From: Pseudobdellovibrionaceae bacterium | Lineage (GTDB): Bacteria; Bdellovibrionota; Bdellovibrionia; Bdellovibrionales; Bdellovibrionaceae | Direction of reading: 5' to 3' | DNA: 21,780 bases | Assembly (NCBI GenBank): GCA_041288045.1 | Contig: JBGGMM010000081.1 | Location: forward strand, 1 to 21,780 | Part shown: one piece after another, positions 1-7,371 of the stretch | Layout of the letters: the number at the start of each line of letters is the position of its first letter | Position numbering within the stretch: position 1 is the first letter of the stretch | Program-made: the position numbers and the translations under genes | The notes under the pieces: model-generated | The model's database searches: none | What the model was told of the DNA's origin: nothing | Seen by the model: only the letters and a program-made list of their open reading frames with translations

Positions 1-303
1 AGCTTCTTGTCGAAAAGCAACCTGCGCCAATGAAATCTGTGTCAGATTCAATCCACCTGTTTGAATTTCAGTTTCCACCTGCGGACATTCTTTCATCAGC
101 CGAGCTGAAGAAATACGTCTTTGCGCAGAACCTTCCGAGTAACCAACTTCTTTTGTGAGATACTCAAAAAGCGAAGAATACCCAAGCTCGCGAAATCCCC
201 GAGTGACATCCAAAGTCTGAATGAGAAGCAAAATCTCATAAGTGATTTTTCTCTCGGTTCGAACCAGGGTTTTTAATTTTTGATCCAGCACTTGAATGTT
301 CAT
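1..303 (-). CDS. Partial CDS (runs off the left edge): N-terminus of a putative DUF222-like/HNH endonuclease family protein
   Basis: Not in the ORF track. Hand translation from ATG at 303 is open to the window edge: MNIQVLDQKLKTLVRTERKITYEILLLIQTLDVTRGFRELGYSSLFEYLTKEVGYSEGSAQRRISSARLMKECPQVETEIQTGGLNLTQISLAQVAFRQEA. Strong SD AAAGGAG at 316-310. The ER..GYSSLFEY..GYSEGSAQRRI..AR pattern matches my recollection of multi-copy HNH proteins of Bdellovibrio-like bacteria; the HNH domain itself would lie outside the window. Confidence 0.75.
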   Translation of the reverse strand, partial: MNIQVLDQKLKTLVRTERKITYEILLLIQTLDVTRGFRELGYSSLFEYLTKEVGYSEGSAQRRISSARLMKECPQVETEIQTGGLNLTQISLAQVAFRQEA

Positions 304-412
304 CTGCTTCTCCTTTGCGATAAAAAGTATTTACCACGGGATTTTAAACACGATTTTTGGGGGAAATTGATTTTCCTGAGGCCGCGGAGTTGCGATCTGG
401 AAGCTTGTTTTT

Positions 413-429
413 ACCGCCGCAGCGGCGGT
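413..429. repeat. Perfect 17-bp palindrome ACCGCCGC-A-GCGGCGGT
   Basis: 8-bp GC-rich arms (413-420, 422-429) around a single central A, read directly from the sequence. Confidence 0.9.
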
Positions 430-552
430 GCTTTGAGAGGTGAGAATGAAAATGAGGTCCGATCGATATTTTGTTTTCGAGAGCAAAGGTGGCTAGCCTG
501 GAGAGACAAAAACTCAGTCAAGAGAAATAAAAAAATTTCGCAAATTTCACAA

Positions 553-607
553 GCGGACCGATCGCCCTTCGATACCGGTACGGGTACAGGTACAGGCACC
601 GGTCCGC
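553..607. repeat. Inverted repeat (GCGGACCG / CGGTCCGC) spanning a 5x ACNGGY hexamer tandem repeat (574-603)
   Basis: Arms at 553-560 and 600-607. Hexamer units: ACCGGT, ACGGGT, ACAGGT, ACAGGC, ACCGGT. Confidence 0.85.
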
Positions 608-670
608 GCCCTCTCTCCCCCGCCCTCGAAGCTGACCTTTGCGTCAGCCGACAGATGACCGCCAAAGAGC

Positions 671-699
671 TTGCTCACAAAAGGAAATCTTCGCACAAT
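671..699 (+). promoter_or_regulatory. Putative sigma70 promoter for gspF (leaderless geometry)
   Basis: TTGCTC (671-676), 17-nt spacer, CACAAT (694-699), then 5 nt to the ATG at 705; no SD at a usable distance. Confidence 0.45.
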
Positions 700-704
700 A
701 AAGT

Positions 705-1934
705 ATGCCAATTTTTGAATATCGCGGTCTGACCAAAGATGGAAAGAACACCAAAGGGATGGTGGATGCCGACAATTTGCGAGTGGCGCGGATCCGGCTG
801 AAAAAAGAAGGCGTCTTTGTCATCGATATCAAAGATAAGAAGAAAGCTTCGGGTGCCAATGCCAAGAAAAAACGTGGCAGCACGGCGGCAGCGAAAGTGT
901 CGGTTGGCGATTTGTCTTTGATGACTCGGCAGTTGGCGACTTTGATCAAAGCTAATATTCAATTGGTCGATGCTTTGACGGCGGTCTCTGAGCAAGTTGA
1001 AAACACAGCTTTGCAAGAAGCCACAGCGGATTGCAAAAACATGGTCAATGAAGGGGCTCCTTTTGCCAAATCGCTCGGTAAATATCCCAATATTTTTAAT
1101 AATATTTATGTTTCGATGGTCGAAGCCGGGGAAATGTCAGGAACTCTGGATGTCATTCTGATTCGGCTGGCTGAATTCACCGAAGCACAAAATGAATTAC
1201 GCAGCAAAGTGAAAAGCGCTCTCACCTATCCGGCCGTCATGCTGGTGGTGACTTTGGGCATGCTTTCTTTTCTTTTCATGTTCGTCATCCCTAAAATGAC
1301 AGCTCTTTTTGAGGGATTTCCGGATGCCAAACTCCCTTGGTACACAGAAGCGATTTTTGCCTTCAGTGGCCTTTTTGTGAATTACTGGTGGGTGGGTGGA
1401 GGCCTGGTCGCAACCATTTATTTCTTTTTCAACACTTGGAGAAAAACTCCGGCAGGCAAAAGGCGTTGGGACCAAGTGTCTTTGAAGCTCCCCTTGTTCG
1501 GAGAAGTCACGCGCATGGTGGCGGTCTCTCGTTTCACCCGCACTTTGGCCACATTGCTGACTGGCGGAGTTCCCATGCTCAATGCGCTTCAAATCGTTCG
1601 CAATGTTGTGGATAATGACATCTTGGCTCAGGCCATTGATGAAGCCCGAAGCAATATCTCGGAAGGGGAATCCATTGCCGGTCCCCTCAAGAAATCCGGT
1701 CAATTCCCGCCGATTGTTATTCATATGGTCAATATTGGTGAAAAAACAGGCGATCTGGAAAACATGCTCACTCAGGTCGCAGATGCCTATGATTTTCAGG
1801 TGAAGAATAAAATTGATGCTTTGACAAGCCTTATCGGACCCGTGGTCCTTGTTCTGATGGGTTTTGCCATTGGAGTCATTGTCTTTTCGGTGATGGTTCC
1901 TATGTTTGAGCTGACAGGAAATATCGGCGGATAA
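705..1934 (+). CDS. gspF: Type II secretion system inner-membrane platform protein F
   Basis: 409 aa with typical GspF/PilC motifs (MPIFEY start, TRQLATL, VEAGEMSGTLD, YPAV, RFTRTLATLL, GEKTGDLE); followed by pseudopilin genes. Confidence 0.95.
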   Translation: MPIFEYRGLTKDGKNTKGMVDADNLRVARIRLKKEGVFVIDIKDKKKASGANAKKKRGSTAAAKVSVGDLSLMTRQLATLIKANIQLVDALTAVSEQVENTALQEATADCKNMVNEGAPFAKSLGKYPNIFNNIYVSMVEAGEMSGTLDVILIRLAEFTEAQNELRSKVKSALTYPAVMLVVTLGMLSFLFMFVIPKMTALFEGFPDAKLPWYTEAIFAFSGLFVNYWWVGGGLVATIYFFFNTWRKTPAGKRRWDQVSLKLPLFGEVTRMVAVSRFTRTLATLLTGGVPMLNALQIVRNVVDNDILAQAIDEARSNISEGESIAGPLKKSGQFPPIVIHMVNIGEKTGDLENMLTQVADAYDFQVKNKIDALTSLIGPVVLVLMGFAIGVIVFSVMVPMFELTGNIGG

Positions 1935-2007
1935 CATGCCCCTTCAAGCATTGCGCTTGGCTGAAAAATCCTTCAAGATGAAGACCTTGCAAATGAAGGA
2001 GAAGGTC

Positions 2008-2436
2008 ATGCAAAAAGTGATCGCTAAGAATCGATTGAGCAATTCATATGGGATGACGTTGATGGAAATCCTCATCGTTATGGCCATTGTCGCGAGTCTG
2101 ATGGCAGTTCTTTTGCCCACAGTGATGGATCGCTACAACAAATCCAAAGTGAACTCGACAAAATTGGCCATGAACCAATTGATCAGCTCAATCAATCTCT
2201 ATTACACAGATTGCGGGAAATATCCCGATTCAATGGAAAACCTCACCACTCAGGATTCGAGCTGCTCCAATTGGGGACCGGAAGCCTATGTCAAAAAGAT
2301 TCCGAAAGACTCATGGAACAGGGACCTGCTGTATTCTGCAGAAGGCGGAAACTTTGTTGTGAAAAGTTTAGGATCTGATGGACGTGAAGGTGGAGAAGGC
2401 TACGCAAAAGACATCAATTCCGAAGAATTACAGTGA
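2008..2436 (+). CDS. gspG: T2SS major pseudopilin G
   Basis: Start moved to ATG 2008 (SD AAGGAG at 1996-2001). Prepilin site G|MTLME plus hydrophobic helix; C-terminal PKDSW and SLGSDGREGGEG motifs typical of GspG. Confidence 0.9.
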   Translation: MQKVIAKNRLSNSYGMTLMEILIVMAIVASLMAVLLPTVMDRYNKSKVNSTKLAMNQLISSINLYYTDCGKYPDSMENLTTQDSSCSNWGPEAYVKKIPKDSWNRDLLYSAEGGNFVVKSLGSDGREGGEGYAKDINSEELQ

Positions 2437-3028
2437 CCTCAAAGCCTTCAATCGGGGTGGATTCACTCTGATTGAGGTGATGATTGTGCTGGGGATCCTT
2501 GGCTTTGTTTTGGCCTTCGGACTCCCCGCCTTGCGCAAACCACAAAACAATATCAGACAGGTCAGTCGACAGCTGGCCTCTTTGTCCCGCGAAGTCCGCA
2601 ACCAAGCCCGAATGAAAAAAATGACCCATCGAATCGTCTTTCGTTTAGGCGATAAGGGTGCTTATTGGGTTGAGTATGCTCCCGGAAATGTTCTGATTCC
2701 CTCCGAAGCTACATTGGAAAAAATGAAAAGACTGGATCAAGAGGATCGACCGAAAGATCCCTTTCAAAAAGCCACCCGCTTGATCAAGGACGAAAAAGAA
2801 CTTCCCAACCAGCTTGTCTTTGGCAGTGTCGAAACTCCGAACGGCAAAGGCCCTGTGACAGATGGCACAGCCTACGTCTATTACTCTCCGGAAGGGCTTG
2901 TCGAACGAGCTGTGATTCAAGTCACCAACAAAAAACAACTGACTTGGACATTGATTTTAAACCCCATCACGGGGCACGCTGATATAGTAGAAAAAGCCAT
3001 CAGTTTGAAGGATCTCAAATTTGAGTAA
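2378..3028 (+). CDS. gspH: T2SS minor pseudopilin H
   Basis: Prepilin motif G|FTLIEVMIV; position after gspG. Start uncertain (ATG 2378, GTG 2384 or GTG 2390), all inside gspG. Confidence 0.8.
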   Translation: MDVKVEKATQKTSIPKNYSDLKAFNRGGFTLIEVMIVLGILGFVLAFGLPALRKPQNNIRQVSRQLASLSREVRNQARMKKMTHRIVFRLGDKGAYWVEYAPGNVLIPSEATLEKMKRLDQEDRPKDPFQKATRLIKDEKELPNQLVFGSVETPNGKGPVTDGTAYVYYSPEGLVERAVIQVTNKKQLTWTLILNPITGHADIVEKAISLKDLKFE

Positions 3029-3539
3029 AGACAGTTTGAGTAAGGGTTTTACCCTTTTAGAAACAATGCTTGCCGTTGTGATTCTGGCAACCGCACTTTT
3101 ATTGCTGACCAATTCTTGGAGCAGCAGCTTCCTGCGCGTGCGCAAAACCCAGATTCAATTTGAAGTCACAGCTCTTCTGGAGCGAAAGATGACAGAAATC
3201 GAGCTGAAATACCGGGGAAAAAGCGTCGATGAAATCCCCGAGGAAGAATCCGAAGATTTCGGCTCAGAATACCCGCAATACAGCTGGAAATTATCCTCAA
3301 AGAAATTGGAAATTCCAGATGTCTCCGCCACTCTTGCCTCGCAAGAAGGCGGCGCTGGTGACTTTATGATTTCAGTTGTGAAGCAAATGACGGAAGCTCT
3401 GTCCAAATCCATCAAAGAAGTCACAGTGACAGTCATCAAAAAAGACGCAAAACCAAAGCCGATCGAATATTCGGTGACGACTTATTTTATCGACTATGAC
3501 AAAGACATTCAATTCGGAATGCCAACCGGGGGTCAGTGA
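3021..3539 (+). CDS. gspI: T2SS minor pseudopilin I
   Basis: TTG start with GAAGGA upstream; G|FTLLETMLA motif; operon position. Confidence 0.8.
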   Translation: MSKDSLSKGFTLLETMLAVVILATALLLLTNSWSSSFLRVRKTQIQFEVTALLERKMTEIELKYRGKSVDEIPEEESEDFGSEYPQYSWKLSSKKLEIPDVSATLASQEGGAGDFMISVVKQMTEALSKSIKEVTVTVIKKDAKPKPIEYSVTTYFIDYDKDIQFGMPTGGQ

Positions 3540-4450
3540 TGAAAGCCTCGCGAGGATTCACATTGCTAGAAATGATGATCGTGCTGGTGATCATGGCCAC
3601 TTTGTCCGTGCTCTCCAGCCAGGCCTTGCAGCAAGCAATAAAAAACAAAGCGAAATTGCAACAACAGACCGATGATCTCTCTCAAGTGCGAGACACTTTA
3701 AAAGTCATGGAAAGAGACATCAATCTGGCCTTTCACTACACCGATCTTGAAATGGAATTGCGAGAGGTCATTAAGAAAAAACGAACGGAGATCTCTAAAA
3801 CCACCACCACCACGCAGCCTGGGACTGCTCCGCCACCTCCTGGCGGAACTGCAGCTCCGATTTACAATCCCAACGACCCCAATGATCCATTGAATCTGAA
3901 ATCTGAAAATCGAATCGATCCCACCACTCATTTCGTCGGCCAAGACAACAAAATGTATTTTGTGACTTTGAATGCCTCTCGTTTGGCCGAAGGCAGCCGA
4001 CAAGCGGACTTCTTAAAAGTGGGCTACGAGCTGCAAAGCTGTCGCCGCCCTGGCTCTGAACAAGCTTCTAATAGCTGTTTGGTGAGAAAGACTTCAGAAA
4101 TTGTCGAAGGTGATGTCACAAAGATTTCAGAAGGTGTAGCTCTCTTGACCGACGTGACAGAATTCAAATTGCGCTATTTTGGCAAAGGCAAACAGGATTG
4201 GATCAGCGATTGGAATTCCACTCAAGGTGACGGCGGCACCAAAGATCGCTATCCAGACGCAGTTGAAATCTCACTCACAGTTGAAAAAGGCGCATCGGAT
4301 AAAAAGAAAAAAATTTCTATGCAGCTGATTGTGCCGATTCGATTCGCCAATAATATTGCCGCCGACGAAGCCAAAGCAAAGGCTGAAAGACAACAAAATC
4401 AAGGTTTCCTGCCAGGCGCCACAGTTCCAGGATCTGGGGGTGGACTCTGA
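3536..4450 (+). CDS. gspJ: T2SS minor pseudopilin J
   Basis: G|FTLLEMMIV motif; C-terminal FKLRYF..W..DW..PDAVEISL typical of GspJ; GTGA/ATG overlap with the gspI stop. Confidence 0.88.
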   Translation: MMKASRGFTLLEMMIVLVIMATLSVLSSQALQQAIKNKAKLQQQTDDLSQVRDTLKVMERDINLAFHYTDLEMELREVIKKKRTEISKTTTTTQPGTAPPPPGGTAAPIYNPNDPNDPLNLKSENRIDPTTHFVGQDNKMYFVTLNASRLAEGSRQADFLKVGYELQSCRRPGSEQASNSCLVRKTSEIVEGDVTKISEGVALLTDVTEFKLRYFGKGKQDWISDWNSTQGDGGTKDRYPDAVEISLTVEKGASDKKKKISMQLIVPIRFANNIAADEAKAKAERQQNQGFLPGATVPGSGGGL

Positions 4451-5676
4451 AATTCACTCGCCAGCTTCTCGGCCGAAAAAATCAAAAGGGAGTCGCTCTG
4501 CTGATTGCGATTTTCACCACCATGATTATCACTTTTGTGGTGATGGAAATTCTCTATGACACCAACGTTGAATATGTGATCAATGCTAAATCTCTCTCAC
4601 GGCTCAAAGCTTATTATGCTGCCAAATCAGGGCTTGAAATGAGTCTTTTGCGACTGAAAATTTACCAGAAAGTTCAAAGCCAATTGCCAAAAGAAGTGGC
4701 CGGCTCGCAGCGAAAAATGGTGGATTTGATTTGGCAATTCCCCTTCGGCTGGCCACCCATGATCCCGCCAGAAGCTTCCGGCGTGGACAAAGATATGATC
4801 AAAGACAAAATCAAAGAAGCCACCATGGACGCATCTTATGTGACCACCATCAGCGATGAAGGTTCAAAGATTGATCTGAATGATTTGGCTTCACCTTCGA
4901 AAACCATTCAAGAAATCACCAAAAAACTGCTTGTGCAGATTTTTGAAAACCTTCGAATCAATGACGAAGAATGGGCCCGCGCCCATGAAGATCTACGCCC
5001 TGAAGAGATCGTCAATAACATCATCGACTGGGTGGATGTCGATCAAATTTCAATCAATGGCGGAGATGAACGCCAAGGTTACTCCGAAATCACCAGCGAA
5101 AAACCTCTTCCCCCCAATCGCGCCTTTCGCACAGTGGAAGAGCTTCGCATGGTGGCCGGAGTGACCGATGAAATTTACAATCTGCTCAAAGATCGGGTCA
5201 CCGTGTATGGAATGCGAGCCATCAATCCCAACTATGCTCCACCTGAAGTTTTGAAAGCTCTCGACTCTTCGATCAATGATGAGGTCCTTGGAAAAATCAC
5301 CGCCCGTCGAAATGACCCTGACAAAGAGCCCTTTAAAACCGCCAGTGAATTTTGGGGTTTTGTAAATAGTGAAGGTGGTAGAGTCAGTGAAGAAAATCAA
5401 AAAGCCATTCCGCTGATCTTTGATCAAGTCTCTAATTTTCGAATCAAATCGGTGGGTGAATTTGCTGGAGCCACTCGCGAAATTGAAGCTGTGGTCTTTG
5501 ACTTTAGCTCAGTTGGAAGCGCAATCGCCGGTCAAATGAACGAAGAAAGCAAAAAAGCCGCCGGCGGTGGTGGCACTAGCACTTCGTCCTCTGATCAGAC
5601 CAAGCAAAATACAAATAAATCCAATCAAGCGCTTCCCAAAGGGCCTCCGCGAATTGTATACTTTATCGAGAGATAA
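4447..5676 (+). CDS. gspK: T2SS minor pseudopilin K (probable CTG start)
   Basis: GspK motifs DEGSKIDLN, IIDWVD, NRAFRTVEEL, INPNYAPPEVL. The frame is open upstream of the track ATG (4522) and encodes the prepilin-like KNQKG|VALLI signal; the most plausible start is CTG 4447 overlapping the gspJ stop. Confidence 0.88.
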   Translation: MKFTRQLLGRKNQKGVALLIAIFTTMIITFVVMEILYDTNVEYVINAKSLSRLKAYYAAKSGLEMSLLRLKIYQKVQSQLPKEVAGSQRKMVDLIWQFPFGWPPMIPPEASGVDKDMIKDKIKEATMDASYVTTISDEGSKIDLNDLASPSKTIQEITKKLLVQIFENLRINDEEWARAHEDLRPEEIVNNIIDWVDVDQISINGGDERQGYSEITSEKPLPPNRAFRTVEELRMVAGVTDEIYNLLKDRVTVYGMRAINPNYAPPEVLKALDSSINDEVLGKITARRNDPDKEPFKTASEFWGFVNSEGGRVSEENQKAIPLIFDQVSNFRIKSVGEFAGATREIEAVVFDFSSVGSAIAGQMNEESKKAAGGGGTSTSSSDQTKQNTNKSNQALPKGPPRIVYFIER

Positions 5677-5708
5677 ATTCGAAGAACTCAAGCCATTGGA
5701 GGGCTTTT

Positions 5709-7370
5709 GTGAAGTCGGTTGGAATCGATATCGGCACGTCCAGCATCAAAGTGGTGGAGGTCGTCTCCAGCAACAAAGGCGTTCAGGTCACTCGATTTGC
5801 CGAACACCCGCTTGATATCAACCTGGCCTTTGATCCAGATATTGAGATTCTCGAATACCTTCGCCGTCTCGCCTCGTCTTATGACCTGATGACCACTCGC
5901 TTTGTCTTTGGCCTGCGCCAGGAACAAGTCAGTGTTCGCAACCGGATTTTTCCATTTTCAGATCGTCAGAAAGTTTTAAAAAGTTTGCCCTTTGAGCTCG
6001 AAGAGGATCTGCCTTTTTCCAATGAAACGGCCATCTTTGATGCCAAGATCATTCGCACACTGGGACCAGCCGCCGAAGTTTTGGCTTGTGCCGCCCCAAA
6101 AACCAGAGTGAATGCCGCTTTGGAAAAACTGGCATCCAGTGGGATGGATGTCAGTCTGCTCTCAGCCGAGGGAGTGGCATTTGCCAATTGCTTTGAAAAA
6201 TGGGATCAGGTCCCGCCCGCCCATCCAGCAGTGCAAGTGGATCTGGATGGAAGCTCCACCCACCGGGACATTGCGATCACTATAGATATTGGTCACACTC
6301 GCACTTTGGTGTGCGCTTTTGAAAGCAACATGCTGATCGGCGTTCGCACCATTCTTTGGGGTGGCAAAAACGTCGCCGATGGAATCGTTAAAAAATATGA
6401 AATCCCCTATGTCGAAGCTCTGAAAGAGATGCAGACCAAGGCCTTTATTTTGCCAAGCAAAGAAGGCGCTTCTTATGATCAAATTGTCTTTTCAGACACA
6501 ATCGCTCAACAGGTCAAAGACCTGGCGCGAGAATTGAAAATTTCAATTCTTGAATTCAAAGCAGAATTTAATGGCAGCGTTCAATCTGTCGGCCTCACCG
6601 GTGGCGCCAGTCAGATTCTAAACCTTCACGCTTACTTGACCCAGCAGCTCGAATTGCCAGTGAACAAGCAATCTGTTTTGGGAAACTTCCAACAGCTGGG
6701 ATTTGAAAAGACAGCTCGCACGGATTCGATCATTGGCGTTGCTTTGGGATTGGCCATTGAGGGTTTAAAAAAGCCCCGCAATCCGGCCTTGAACTTTCTC
6801 AAAGGCGATTTCGCCAAAGAGAGCACTTTCTATAAAGTTTTCTGGCAAAAATGGAACACCACCATCCAAATTGGCGCTGCCGCTCTGTTGGTCTTTTTTC
6901 TTTATTCGATGATTCGCGACAGTGTGACTGTGACTCTGGCCGAGAGCGCACAGACCTTGATGAAAGAAAAAGCCAAAACTGTCGCCAAACTCCCCTCGAA
7001 GAATCAAACAGAATCGGGAGTGAAAAAATACGTGGCAGAGCAAAGAAAGCGAATCAACGACATGCGGGCTCTTTCCAGTCTTGCAAAAATGAATTCGGCC
7101 ATGGATGTGATGAAAAAAATCAATGATGCCATCCCGGCCAGACAGGCCATGACATTGGATGTGCGAAAGCTTGCCATCAACGAAAGCCAAGTGGTGATCG
7201 AAGGCACTGTCGGCGACAACAAACAATTTCAAACTCTTGAAAGTTCTTTGGCCTCGATCGCGATTGACAAAGTCACCCGAACCCAACCAGAGGGAAAATC
7301 AAAAAAGCCCGGAGTTCCCTTTGCCTTTACTTTCAAGGTCGACCGAGGCCTTCAAACCAGGACTCAGTAA
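5709..7370 (+). CDS. gspL: T2SS protein L with PilM-like actin-fold cytoplasmic domain, TM helix and PilN-like periplasmic domain
   Basis: GTG start with GGAGG at 5698-5702. Motifs VGIDIGTSSIK, IDIGHTRT, LTGGA; one TM segment (IGAAALLVFFLYSMI); lies between gspK and gspM. Confidence 0.85.
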   Translation: MKSVGIDIGTSSIKVVEVVSSNKGVQVTRFAEHPLDINLAFDPDIEILEYLRRLASSYDLMTTRFVFGLRQEQVSVRNRIFPFSDRQKVLKSLPFELEEDLPFSNETAIFDAKIIRTLGPAAEVLACAAPKTRVNAALEKLASSGMDVSLLSAEGVAFANCFEKWDQVPPAHPAVQVDLDGSSTHRDIAITIDIGHTRTLVCAFESNMLIGVRTILWGGKNVADGIVKKYEIPYVEALKEMQTKAFILPSKEGASYDQIVFSDTIAQQVKDLARELKISILEFKAEFNGSVQSVGLTGGASQILNLHAYLTQQLELPVNKQSVLGNFQQLGFEKTARTDSIIGVALGLAIEGLKKPRNPALNFLKGDFAKESTFYKVFWQKWNTTIQIGAAALLVFFLYSMIRDSVTVTLAESAQTLMKEKAKTVAKLPSKNQTESGVKKYVAEQRKRINDMRALSSLAKMNSAMDVMKKINDAIPARQAMTLDVRKLAINESQVVIEGTVGDNKQFQTLESSLASIAIDKVTRTQPEGKSKKPGVPFAFTFKVDRGLQTRTQ

Positions 7371-7371
7371 T

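Noticed and set aside
312..643. 8-bp direct repeat CCTTTGCG (312-319, 636-643) and a 7-bp inverted match at 483-489 covering the SD of the left ORF
   Set aside because: Too short to separate from chance. It cannot be the target-site duplication of an element that includes the ORF, because both copies lie on the same side of it.
280..732. 150-aa plus-strand ORF with a TGTGTGTGTG stretch, and the antisense 411-665 ORF with PVPVPV
   Set aside because: No SD, no recognisable protein features and, for 280-732, overlap with both neighbours; the dipeptide repeats are just the hexamer DNA repeat translated.
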